64,000 nucleotides of DNA from Eledone cirrhosa (taxonomy: Eukaryota): NCBI GenBank assembly GCA_964016885.1, contig OZ024742.1, positions 53,072,001-53,136,000 of the forward strand, read 5' to 3'. The translations under genes and the position numbers were made by a program. The notes beneath the pieces are model-generated. The model saw only the letters and a list, made by a program, of their open reading frames with translations. It was not told where the DNA came from and ran no database searches. This document shows, in pieces, positions 1 through 12,080 of the stretch. Each line of letters starts with the position of its first letter. Position 1 is the stretch's first letter.

Positions 1-110
1 CTTTCATCACCAGTGACTCTTCCCCCTATTTCCAGTATACTTTTATCACCAGTAACTCTTCCCCCTATTTCCAGTATACTTTTATCACCAGGAACTCTTC
101 CCCTATTTCA
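1..110. repeat. 39-bp minisatellite, ~2.8 copies (cut by window start)
   Basis: Unit cttttatcaccagtaactcttccccctatttccagtata recurs at ~1, 40 and 79. Confidence 0.85.
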
Positions 111-224
111 TCCTCGTAGTCACCATGTCTCACAGAAGTACAACAGAATACTTCTCAAGTAACTCTGCCCTCTCTGTCACCTTGACACGCAGAAATACAC
201 CATAGCCTTCTGTTAATATTAGAA

Positions 225-418
225 ACGGTGGATTGGCAGTATCGGTAGAGGGTCGGACGCCATGCTTTGACGCATAGAGTTACGACCCTTTTCGGTCTGA
301 GTTCAAATCCAGCCGAGGTTAACTTTGCCTTTCATCCTTCCGGGGTCGATAAAATAAAGTACCAGTAATTCACTGAGATAATTGCTGGCCTTGTGCCAAA
401 AGTAGAAACAATTATTAT
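225..418 (+). mobile_element. tRNA-derived SINE (dominant family in window)
   Basis: A-box-like tggcagtatcgg, B-box-like gagttcaaatcc, core ctttgcctttcatccttccggggtcgataaaataaagtaccag, (att)n tail. The core recurs many times in the window. Confidence 0.8.
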
Positions 419-444
419 TCATAGTAATAGTACAAATCAGTGCA

Positions 445-735
445 GGAGTGTAGATTTGTGGTTAAGGTGCTGGACTCACGATCAAAGGTCTTGAGTTCAA
501 TTCCGAACAGCGCGTTGTGTACTTGAGCAAAATACTTTATTTCATGTTGCTCCACTCCACCCAGCTGGCAAAAATGTGTTTATACCAGTATTTTCAGCTT
601 TGTCACACATTGTGTCACACTGAGTCTTCCTGGGAATTATGTTAAAGGTACACATTAATTACACAAGAAGATTGTTCCGTTGATCAAACAACTGGATCAC
701 TCGTGGTAGGAACTGACGGAGGTCCAATACATTGC
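445..735 (+). mobile_element. tRNA-derived SINE, second family
   Basis: tRNA-like head (gtggttaagg ... gagttcaattcc) followed by cttgagcaaaatactttatttcatgttgctcc, shared with copies at ~38.9, 40.2 and 62.5 kb. Confidence 0.7.
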
Positions 736-1399
736 ATATTAAAGGTAAAGTAAAACAGAAGATAACATTGGAGTAGCGTATTTGAATAAGTAATATAACT
801 AGCACGATGTAGTATAATTCAAACAGATGACTTTAAACAAATATTTGTGTATGTGTGTGTGTTTGAGTGTGTGTAGAAAGGGGCCTTAACTCTTGATAGA
901 ATCGTAGGGGCCTGTCTTAAGCGTTTTAAATCTGGTGGAGCTCATCGTCCTCCAAGTCGGAACAATTTCTTCCAGAGAAAGATAGGGAGAGGAAAAATCG
1001 ATTCAGGTCTAAATATCTAAAGTCTATCTCAAACCATGAGGTCCATTTGGGCTTGAACTTATATTGGTTTCCTTGGCGTTAGGAGAGTAAGAGAACAAGA
1101 GTCTCCCACCCCACTGAACAGGATGCAAGTCAATCACAAGTTTAAATCCCAGGTATTGCCGGCACTCATTTTCAGCTGAGTGTACTGGAGTGATGTGAAA
1201 TACAGTGTCTTCGCTTAAGAAACAACACACAACCCAGCCCAAGAATCTAAACCACGCCATTAAGTTCGTAAGTTTAACACAACTAGTACACGTGACTAGT
1301 GGACTTATATTTTATTTACAGACCTCAAAAAGATAAAAGGTAATGTTGGCTTCGGTTGGATTTGGAGTGCAGTGAGCTGAAAAGTATACTGGAGCATTT

Positions 1400-2290
1400 C
1401 TGATCCGGCTTAATTCAGCCTCCTGCATTCCATCACTCGTGAACACGGCCCCAATATACTTGAACTTCTCCACCTACTTCAGTGGAACTCCACTCACATG
1501 TAGAGTGCACTCCGTAGGCTTCCTTGAGAGAACGCGTGTCTCAATATTTACAGCACTGATTTTCATTCCAGCCATGCATCACTCGGCATCAAACCTATTA
1601 ATAGCCTGTCGGATCAACTTCTGACGTGTTAAGTAGTACCATAAGCAAAGTAGTACAAATAAGTAGTACAAATTCCAGCCGACTGATTCTACACCTGCCA
1701 GTCATGATACCAAATCCAGTCCGGCTGCGCATGTTAATCCTGTTCGTGACGATTATAAACAGGAGAGGTGACAGTACGCACCCTTGTTGGAGTCCAACTC
1801 CTACATTGAATGGTTTCAACGTAGCACCATTTATCTGACCACAAACATTAGAGCATTCATATAGAGACATCAGAGCGAGAAGTTGTCGATTGATTACATA
1901 CTCTTGCAGAACCTTCCACAGCAGGTCCCGTGGGATGAGATCGTATGGTTTTTTGAGGTCTACGAAGCAAGCATACATCTCTTGGCAGTACTCTCACAAT
2001 TGCTCAAAAACCTGCCGCAATGTGAATATTTGGTTGGCGGTGCTGCGTTCGGGGCAAAAACAGTTTATCAGATAGCTTGGATGCAACAAACTCTCTACAT
2101 CTCTTTGCTAGTCACAGCACAGGTATTACCAGAAAGGCTAAACGAAGAGATCCTTCTATAATTAGAGCATTCTTTCTTGACTTTTTTTCTTTTTTTATTG
2201 GGGTCAACACTCTCTATTGTCATTGCTTATCCAAATCTACAGTATCAAAGTCACAGATCATTTTTTTAGAAAACCCAGACTCTATCTAGC
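1400..2290 (-). mobile_element. RTE-clade LINE RT fragment (decayed)
   Basis: ORF 1598-1978 has RT motifs FVDLKKPYD and GLQQGCVLSPLLF. Same family as 8170-9610. Confidence 0.8.
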
Positions 2291-2846
2291 CAGTAGCATC
2301 TGGTCTCCTCCATTAGTTCCTGCTACTTACTTGTAATGGTTGTGGTGGGCCAGGTAACAATGGATAGTTTGCTCCCTTCTAGCCCATTTTGTGGTCTCGA
2401 GATACACAATATCTGTGTATCCATCCCAATATTGATTGTTTTGTTATTGTTTGTTTTTGTTTTGTTTTTTTTGCCACATGCCTGTCCCTACTTTTACTAT
2501 TCAAAGTTTCAACATTCATTTAAAAACTATACATATACCCATTTAACTACAATATTTTGCAATACTTCAAAAGGTTTATATAAAGGAATATACATATTTA
2601 GAGGTTACCTTTTAAAATAAAATATAGTATACATATAAATATGTTGTCATAATATAACAAGTAGAAATTCATTGAAGTTTATTGATCTAAGTATCTAACA
2701 ATCTCTCTTATATAACAACTTAAATTAAGCTAGTTCTAAGTTATCTCCCTTGTGTCATTTCTCTTGCCTTAACTATTTATACAGAAGTTGTCTCACCTGT
2801 TTGAAAAAAACCCGCTGATAAATTCGAAAACATTTTTTATATATTA

Positions 2847-4489
2847 CACTGCTCAACAAAAAAATATTTATTTCGTGGTTCTGGTATAATTTAGTATGAT
2901 TCTAGGTTAATCAAGTGTGCAGAATCTGAATATGACAATGGTTAAGCTGTAGCAGGTCTAGTTTTCGAGAACCAGCATATCCATGTTTATGACCCATAGC
3001 TATGTGGCTCATATTACTTCATCCAATTGTATCCATTATATTTAGTTGTTAACTAATTTATACTTACTGCTTTTGTTTCAGATCACAGAATTGTAACTAT
3101 CCTCAGCTATTCTTGGATAATTCACAACAACTTTGACTAGTGGGAGCGATGGAACGCCGGAAATGTGTAAATGGCCCGCACTGATTTTGCTATATTTGTG
3201 GACACTTTACCCCAGAAAGCATAAAGAAACCAATCACAAAAGCAGTTCGAGTAAACTACAAATGCTACTTCAAATGTCCATTAGGAGACCAGGACAAGAA
3301 ATGGGCGCCTCATATAGCGTGTAGGTCATGTGTTAATCACCTAAGTGAATGGAAGAATGGGAAACGAAGCTCTGGTTTGCTATTTGCCGTACCAATGGTG
3401 TGGTGAGAACCAAAAGACCACAATAACGGTTGCTACTTCTGCCATATAGGTCTTCTGCCATTATAGGTCTTCAGACTGGTTACACAAAGCATATGTGTTG
3501 TCTATGTTTGTGGAATAGTAGAGCAGATGCGGAGCACTACATGAAGAAGGATTGGCCAACAAGACCAAAGGATGCACCCGGTAGATTCAACTGTCTGTAC
3601 AAACCTCTCGTGGATCCAGAAAAAGTATTCCTCTCTCCATTACATCTCAAATTAGGCTTGGCCAAAAACTTTATTAAAAGCATGGATCATACAGGTAATG
3701 GGTTTCAGTACTTGTGTAAGAAATTGGGTAGAGTGGTATCTGAAGCAAAGTTAAAAGCAGGGGTTTTGTATGGTCCTCAGATACGTATGCTGGTTACTGA
3801 TAGTGAGTTTACGAAAACACTAAACCCTTTGGAGACTAATGCATGGAAATAATTTATAGATGTGGCACAGAACTTTCTTGGAAACCACCGTGCAGACAAC
3901 TATAAAGAAATTGTTGAAACCATGATACAAAATTATCGCGCTCTGGGTTCACGAATGTCATTGAAGCTTCATTTCTTCCATTCTCATCTGGATTTCTTCC
4001 CAAGTAATCTAGGAGACATCAGTGATGAACAAGGAGAGAGGTTTCACCAGGACATTGCCATAATGGACAGTAGGTATCAGGGTCGGTTCAATCCCAACAT
4101 GATGGGCGACTACTGCTGGACACTGCAACGTGAGGAGAGCCAGCAAAACAAGCGTAAAAGCAAAATCCAGAAATGTTTTTAGAAATGTTTTGAAATATTT
4201 TGTTATGTTCAGAATGTTGTTCAGAAATGTTTTGTTAATATACTAAGTGTTAAAAAAATAAATAAAAATATGTTTATATATTTTTATTAATAAGTTAATA
4301 TGTTTATATCTAAGTCATCATATGTTACACAATGGATAAATAAAGCAATACGAGGAACATATTTTCGATCTCATATTAAGGCATTCTGGTCCGATAGCAA
4401 AAAATGAATATAAAAACTGAATTTAGTGCTATGAAATTAGTAAGATGCACATATTCACATGTAAAAACCATTTTGGCTGTTGACCAGTG
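2847..4489 (+). mobile_element. Chapaev3-like (CMC superfamily) DNA transposon, internally deleted transposase pseudogene
   Basis: TIRs cactgctcaaca / tgttgaccagtg (11/12 match) with flanks tta / taa. N-terminal Cys-rich piece (FCYICG ... GDQDKKWAPHIACRSC ... FAVPMVW*EP ... CYFC) is fused to C-terminal pieces GLQTGYTKHMCCLCLWNSR, PLHLKLGL and MSLKLHFFHSHLDFFP..LGDISDEQGERFHQDI. Stops and frameshifts present. Confidence 0.8.
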
Positions 4490-4954
4490 TAATTTTAATA
4501 TATATTTATTTATCTTGATTATAAATTGGTCAAATGTACAGAAGAAGAAAGCAGTAATGGAAAGAAATATAAATGCCATAAATGAGAGGAAAAGGAGGGA
4601 GCGAGAGGACTATTAGACAAAGGAAAAAAGATAGGAGAGGGGGAGAAGATGACTGAATCTACACCTAGGTCAGAGCAGTGTTTCGGCTGTGTATCACAGA
4701 CCAAAATGGCAAAATAATTCAATAAATTTCAAATTTTCAGAAACAATTATTATCGTAAAAATAAATAAAGCGATATTTCCTCCCAAAACAACTACAGAGA
4801 ATCTTTCAGAACGCACATAAAAACTTGTTTATATGTATTTATATTGTTTCATATGCCAGTCTTTCTTAATATTATAAGTTTGTATTAATATTATCCTCCA
4901 TTGAACATTCAAAATGGAAAAAAATATTAGGGAAAATTATTTTAGTACTGTCAT

Positions 4955-5091
4955 AACATCGCTACCCAGATTGGGCTAAAAACGTAGAGCAAGCGATATT
5001 TCGACAGCTTGCGATTTTCGGCTTGACGAGCAGCGAAGCCAGGGTTAGTCGCCGCAGAGTTAGAAACCAGGATGTCGCTGGAGAAAGTGTC
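4955..5091 (-). mobile_element. CRE-like (RLE) non-LTR retrotransposon fragment, interrupted by a MITE
   Basis: Translation DTFSSDILVSNSAATNPGFAARQAENRKLSKY matches the fragments at 5.7-6.7 kb and 27 kb. Confidence 0.65.
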
Positions 5092-5358
5092 CAGGGTCGG
5101 ATTTAGACATTGGGGGCCCGGGCACCTCAGGTTTCGGGGGCCGCTCATAAACAAAAGATTAGAATACAGAGGAAAAAGTTAGCTTGGAATTGAAAAATTA
5201 TACATACAGGTATTAGATTCAAAAATTCTAAGCATATTAAAATTAAAAAGCCCAGCTCAGGACGCAAATAAATTGCTACAGCCGTCGCTTGTGGGGGCCA
5301 CCCTCTGCAGGGGACCCGGGGAAATTGCCCCCTTTGTCCCCCATTAAATCCGGCTCTG
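5092..5358. mobile_element. hAT-type MITE
   Basis: TIRs cagggtcggattta / taaatccggctctg; perfect 8-bp TSD aaagtgtc at 5084-5091 and 5359-5366. Confidence 0.85.
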
Positions 5359-5652
5359 AAAGTGTCACATGTATTTATATGATTTCGTGAGTCACTCTTG
5401 CTTTATATTATAAGTTGATGAAGGGCGACAGACAGCATGCTTTGCAGCATATAGTTACGTCCCTTTACGTCCTGAGTTCAAATCCTGCCGAGGTTAGCTT
5501 TGCCTTTCATTCTTATTGGATCATTAAAAGAAAGTACCAGTAATGCACTGGGGTCGATTTACTCGACTTCCTCTACCCCATTAATTGTTGGCCTTGTGCC
5601 TAAATCCGAAACCATTATAAGATAACTTTGTATGTGATGGGGAGAATTCTGA

Positions 5653-6900
5653 TGTTACTTACAGTGTGGCGAGGGAAACTTTGTGCGTGTGAGTTGGACT
5701 CTTGCGGTGCACCTGGAGACCCCATGCGGGTGATCTCGGTGAACTCGAACCACTATCCGACGCGGTTCGGAACTCATCTGCAATGTCAGTTTCGATAGCG
5801 CCAGATGGCAAGAGGCGAAGCTCCCAGCTAGATTGGGTGGCCTTGGCCTCCGATCTGCTTCGGATCTGGTACGGCCGGCCAACCTTTCCTCAATATCCTC
5901 CAGTCGTACCTTCGTCAGCGAATTCTTCAGGAAGACGGCCGAACCTGACGAGGCCCCAGAACTCGAGCAGGTTCTAGCAGACTAGACAGGCGAAGGCTTC
6001 TCTGTCTCCAAGTATAATAATTTCCAATTTAACTGGGACATCGAATGCAGGTCTTCCTCCGGGCGGATCGAGTCAGACTTGGAACAACACCGCATCGCCT
6101 GCCTCCGATCTGCTTGGCTCAAATCGGTGCCCTCCTCATCAACCGGTGCCCTTCTTGATAACGCGTGCACTCACATCGGAGTGGCCCAACGTCTCGGCCT
6201 CCGCGTGTGTAAGTCACACAAATGTCGTTGTGGGGCTGTCGTTGACAAGTTTGTCATGCCACCAGAGTACAGGCCGGTTCCCCCGACATGCCGTTCTCAA
6301 CGACATATTGAGAAGCCTGGATGCAGCTGGCTTTCCATCACAACTGGAGACAGCAGCATCGACCAAGGAGACGACCAACACCCTGACGGAATTACTCTCA
6401 TCTGGGATTCCACATGCTGTGATACGTTCTCCACCTTCGACTTAGACGTTTCGGTCACAAACCTCGGTACTGCGGCACGCAATGCAGAGTACAGAGGAGA
6501 TAAGCAAATACCGGGGCTTTCCCGGCCTCTTCCTCTTCGCATCAGTCACCATCGAAACCTCAGCGTCCTCTGACCCCGTACTGCCGAGCTCCACTGCAAA
6601 AGCGGAACATCAGCAGCCCGTCTGGGGAAAGAGCTCCGCAAGGTGGGGTGGCTGTTGCAGCGGATGTCGCTGGCCATTGTCCGCGAGGCACAGTCCAAAC
6701 ACCACCCTGCTCTAGGCATAGAATCCATCACCCTCTCTATCGTAGCCCAAGAGTCCTTGCTTTTTCCCTTCCATTTCTGGCATTTATAGCCCTTTCCTCT
6801 ACAACCAGATCTGCCCTTCTGTACTCCTTCTCCCTTCCTCCCTATTTTCATTACTTAATTTTGTTTTTATCTTTCTTTTTCATATTTCCATCATTGTATA
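5653..6900 (+). mobile_element. CRE-like non-LTR retrotransposon 3' fragment (zinc knuckle + restriction-like endonuclease)
   Basis: AWLKSVPSSSTGALLDN..IGVAQRLGL..CKSHKCRCG followed by PDGITLIWDSTCCDTF (PD..D RLE motif) and VTIETS; frameshifted. Confidence 0.7.
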
Positions 6901-6919
6901 ACTTATGTTTGTAAACTTT

Positions 6920-7400
6920 AGTTGATATAATAAAAGTCATGTATAAGTTCAGGAATGACAGACAGACCAACTTCAGTATGACTACATTCAAGGGAGACAA
7001 CTTGTTCAGAGTATTTGAGAAACATGAAAGACACATGTTGAATCAGGAAGGTTGTGTTTTTGTGTATGTAAGTGTGTGTGTCAGAATGCATTTGTGTGTG
7101 CGTGTGTGAATGCATGTGTGTGTGTGTGTACTGACAGGACTCGCCCCGAGAACTCTGCCCCGACGACCTTCTCAGGAATTCTTTAACCACATGATGGAAC
7201 TAATGGGTCCTCTTGCAACCCAGCGCCAAACCAAGACGCTTTCAACACAACATTTATGCTGAAGCATAAATTGCCGAGCCAAACAATCTTCTCTCTGTTG
7301 CGACGTCCTCAGTTTCCTTGGATAGTTCTCAGAATTTGGATGCAATAGTATCCACAAACCTGTTCTTGATTTCCTTATCCGCCAGAGCTTTCCACTTTAT
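6920..7400 (-). mobile_element. Penelope-like element remnant (possible GIY-YIG C-terminus)
   Basis: Degenerate similarity to the 3' part of the GIY-YIG ORFs at 31.7 and 49.1 kb. Confidence 0.4.
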
Positions 7401-8169
7401 CTTTTAGGTGGAGCTTAACCTGCCAGTTTTGTAAGCTTTCTTGGCTTTGGGTAGATTCAGGCTGCAGATAACTAGATGGTGATCAATTGACAGCTAAGCC
7501 CCTCTCTTAACATTAATATCCAACACAGAATCGAAGAGATCAAAAACAAAATCAAAAATAGTAGTTTTGGAAGCCTCTAAATCTCCAGGTAACAATATCA
7601 GGCGGCAGTAGGAGGAAAGAGAAAAGTAGGAAGAAGCATAAAAATAGATGTAGAGAATGTAAAAAAGGGTACAAAAAGAAAACCAGAGATAGAGTTACCT
7701 TCTATTTCTACGCTTCTTCCTACTTTTCTCTCTCCTCCTACTGCCACCTGATTTTGTTACACAGAGATTTACCTACCAGCATTGTAGAGGCTTCCAAAAC
7801 GACTATTTTTCATATTCCACAATGCTTCAAGCAAACTTTAACACTTTCTAATAACAAAATCAATTAGTAGTATACCACTGTTGGTCCAGGGTTACATATT
7901 CGTCAGGCTAGAGCCTGTTTATATCACAACTAACCATCATATCTGGTGTTAAGTCAAGGAATGACGTTGGGGTTAAGCTGGAATCTGAGTTTAAATCAAC
8001 AAATAAAGTATTCTGACAGACCATCGGCTGACTTCAAAATAAAAAGTCCCCTTCCTCGCCTGTTATCAGGAACGTGTCTAAGATTCTTTACTTTGCAAAA
8101 AGTTACATCCTCGCGAGGTAGAGAAACACTTTTCCTATCTCCTAAACCTGGTCACATCTTCTTATGTAT

Positions 8170-9610
8170 GAGGTTCCTCTAGGAGCAATGACTAACCTCA
8201 TGGAAGCTGAGCTCACCAAAGCATTTACAGAGCTCAAATATGGCAAGAGTCTGTGGGAAGAATAAAATTCTGCCCAAGATGTTAAAAGCCTTAAATAGAG
8301 ATTGTATTCTCTGGCTGATTCGCATGTGCCAGATGGCCTGAATCTCTGGAAAGGAACCTAAACAATGATAATCGAGAGTGATAATCCCAATTTTCAAAAA
8401 GGGAGACAGGAGAAATTGCTCTAATTAAAGAGGGATCTGCTTGTTATCTTGCCAGTAATGTCTATGCTTATTGCCTCACAAAGAGATTATCGTATCCAAG
8501 GTAGCTGATGGACAATAAGGTTTTGACCAGGAGCACAGCACAGCTGAACAAATCTCCACAGTGGTAGGTCTTTGAGAAATCGTGGAAATATTGCCAAGAT
8601 GTTTGTTTCGAAGACCTCAAAGAGGCATACGTCTGTATTCCAAGGGATCTGTTGTAGAAGGCTCTGCATAAGTATGGGCTTGATTGACAGCTTCTTGTTG
8701 CCCTAAAGTCTCTATATTAATGCTCTAGTATTTGTGTTTGGATGAATGGTGCTAAGTGAAAATCATTCAATGACGGTGTTAGACTCCTCGAAGGGTGCGT
8801 ACTGTCACATCACCTGTACATGATTTTCATAAACAGGATTGACATGCACAGACACATTGCAAGTGGTATCAGGGCTGGCAGGTGTAGGATCAGTCAGCTA
8901 GACGATTTGGTACTACTTAAATATCTGGAAGTTGATCTTCGATATGTGCTTGATAGGTTTGATGCTGAATCCTACACTGCAAGAATGAAAATCAGTGCAG
9001 CAAAGTCTGAGACACTTGTCCTCTCAAAAGAATCTTGCGCATTGCAACCTACATGTTAGCGAATTCAATCATTTCAGGGCTGTTTTGACAAATGATTGAA
9101 GGTAGGAGGTTCAATTGAGTGCAAGAATTGCTTCAGTATTCAGTCATCAGAAGGGAGGTGGGTGTAAAAGTCTGACGCACTATCTTCAATTCAGTATCCG
9201 TGCCAACCCTGGTTTAGTAATGACTGAAAAAAATACAGTTGCAAATACAAGCGACTGAAATGAGGTTCCTCCAAAGGATCTTGAAGTAACAATACAGGAC
9301 AGTGGGCGTACCTTGGAGACCGGGGAATCACTCCAGGAAAAGCAGCTACTTCTCAAAAATGAGGGATTATAGCTCTGCTACTACCGACATGTGATCAGCA
9401 TATCTAAGGGAAGAATTGCAGGACAAATTTTACAGGCAAAACCAACTAGCAAGAGACCCAGGTGTAGACCCCGAGCAAGATGAATGAATAACATCAATAA
9501 ACTTGGTTGGTCTCACTTGGGGATCCAGCCGGATCAATTGGAGACAGTTGTTTCTGGAAGAACCTGCTAGAAGGCCTGCTTCATGACTCTGTCCCCATGT
9601 CCCTCCCATG
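8170..9610 (+). mobile_element. RTE-clade LINE, decayed RT and 3' end
   Basis: IPIFKKGDRRNCSN, G..EGCVLS, MKISAAKSETLV and ...RPRCRPRARW-like remnants; many stops. Confidence 0.75.
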
Positions 9611-9849
9611 AGGAGGAGGAGGAGGGGGGGAGGAGGAAAGTCGATTATATCGACCCTATATTTGGTTGGTAATTATTTTATCGACCCCAGAATGATAAAA
9701 GATAAGGTTCATCTTGGCAAGATTTGAATTTCGAACGTACAAAGGCCGAAATAAATGCCACAAAGCATATTGTCTGATACTCGCCCAATATTTTTTTTAT
9801 TAGAAAGTTCCAAACAATGCATGAAACTACTTAGTGAAAGGGACTATGA

Positions 9850-10770
9850 AAAATGAGAAATTAAAACGAAAAGACTTGAAAGAGTTCAGGTCATAAGAAA
9901 AAGGAAAACAATGAGATGGAAGAGAGTCCCAAAGTCTGGCAGTTTGAGGACTGTAGAAAAACTTCCTTATTCATGGAACCATAACAGCATCCAGATGAAG
10001 AAGCTGTGAGTTTCGAGTTAGGCAAGATGGCACAAAGTGATTTGGAACCAAAAAAGGAAGTTCATCAGAACATTTACTATGGTGATAATGATAGAAAAGA
10101 TTATAACTATGTCACGTTGGTGTGACAAGGGTTGCAAAGTTGAAGCAAGAGAGAGAGACCAATCAAATTAGAGACTCACTTTTAAACCAAGTTGAGGAAA
10201 TCCAAGTGACAAGATGGTACATCTGCCTAAATATGATAACAGTATTTCACACAAGGAAGAATTCTGGACTCGTGAAGATACAAAATGGCCTTGGTAGTCC
10301 TTATGGGAATCAGAACTAAAAATTGGTTGTATGTAAGAACCCCAAGAAAGATCAGGTGAGAAAAAAAGACCAAGCAATTTCAAAGAAGACCTTTCCTCAA
10401 GTGGTTTGACTGTCTCACCATGTGACCACCTCAGACCCATAACTCATGTAAATGGGAGGAAGATAGGGATCCCACTTCCTACAGAAGACATAAGTCTGGT
10501 CTTGAAAGGGTTGAAAGTTACTAGCCACTTCTCACCCCATATCATAACAGCCTGCAGATCCACTTCAAGATTAGCAGCAAATTCCAACTGTTTCAAGGGA
10601 GAGGGATTGTCAAGAAAACCAGAATAAAAAGTTGTATCATCAGCATAAATGTTGATGAATTGAAGACTATTGGCAGGAAGATTGTTGATGCTGAAGAAAG
10701 AGTTGGACCAAGAATAGAGACTTGAGGAACACCAGCATTGATTCTGCCAATTCTGCCTCATTACATGACA
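9850..10770 (-). mobile_element. CR1/Jockey-group LINE RT fragment
   Basis: INIYADDTT, WGEKWLVTFNPFKT, LKLLGLFFSPDLSW. Confidence 0.75.
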
Positions 10771-11259
10771 TAATGAAAATGACTTTTTTAAAAATACATA
10801 AACATTAATGTAATCCTACATAATTCCCATCCTCCCGTCAAACATAAGAGATGGTCATGGCTGGAATATCTTTGATCTAGTAATACAGGAAGAAGATTAA
10901 AAGAGCTTCAAAAAAGAGAAAACCAAAATCTTGAGGACTGGCAGAATAGAATAAGTCGTGAGGAAAATACCTTTAGTATTTTTACTAACAACTCCTTTTC
11001 GTTCTAAATTTAAATACAAGCGAGATTAACGTTAGCTTTCAGAGATGGGTAAAATTAAGTATCTGACATGTATTGGGATCGATTTAATATTCCTAAAAGA
11101 TATTCTAAACAAACAATGGGCAGAGTTATTAGAACGCGAGGGGAATATTAACTTAATATATTCGGCTCTCCCGGTACTCTATGTCCATATCCTACCGGTG
11201 TCAACTTTGCCTTTCATCCTTTCGAAGTCGCTAAAAAAGTATCATACCCATACTGAAGT

Positions 11260-11400
11260 CGGCACTACCATGTTATTAGCTGTCAGAAGTGAAAGTTTCG
11301 TCAACCTTCTCAATCGTAAACATCGTTTATTTCCGTATTACCACGCGTTATTTTAATAAAGCATATCGATGTAAGTGGAGTTACTTAAATGAAAATATAG
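11260..11400 (+). repeat. Interspersed repeat arm (cggcactacc...gaaaatatag), telomere-repeat associated
   Basis: Near-perfect reverse complement of ~37200-37340. Confidence 0.8.
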
Positions 11401-11807
11401 GTGGCCCTTAAAAGGGCCAAATTAGAAAACAAATTTAAGTTAATTAGAAAACAAGTCATGGTTATCAAATAAATTGGATTTAATCATTTATATTTTCATA
11501 GTCATGGTTATCAATGTAGAAAACAAGTCATTTTCACCAACAGTGGAATTACTTCTGACAGCTAATACCATGAACTTAAATTAATTTTCACCAACAGTGG
11601 AATTACTTCTGACAGCTAATACCATGAACTATATTTTCATAGTCATGGTTATCAATGTAGAAAACAAGTCATTTTCACCAACAGTGGAGTTAACTTAAAT
11701 GAAAATATAGGTGGCCCTTAAAAGGGCCAATTAGAAAACATATATATGGTTATCAAATTTTTTTCACCAACACTATACATGAAATTGTGAACCATGACTA
11801 TGAAAAT

Positions 11808-12080
11808 AATCCTAACACTAATCCTAACACTAATCCTAACCCTAACACTAACCTTAACCCTTACACAACCCTAACCCTAACTCTAAATCTAAACCTAACA
11901 CTAACTTTAACCCTAACCCTAGCCTTACTCCTAAACGTAACCCTTACCCTACCCTAAATCCTAACCTTAAACCCTAACTCTAACACTAACCCTAACCTTA
12001 ACCCTAATCCTAACCATAACCCTATCACTAACCCTAACCCAAAACCTAAACCTTAACCCTAACCTTAATCCTAATCCTAA
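11808..12080 (-). repeat. Degenerate interstitial telomere-like (TTAGGG)n array
   Basis: ~270 bp of ccctaa/cactaa/ccttaa/tcctaa hexamers on the + strand. Confidence 0.9.

Noticed and set aside
11400-11810. CRISPR-like repeat/spacer appearance
   Set aside because: Blocks vary in length, order and strand, the 'spacers' are themselves repeated, there are no cas genes, and the context is eukaryotic.
11808-12080. True chromosome end or telomere fusion
   Set aside because: The array is short, degenerate, single-polarity and embedded in an interspersed repeat that recurs at 37.2 kb.
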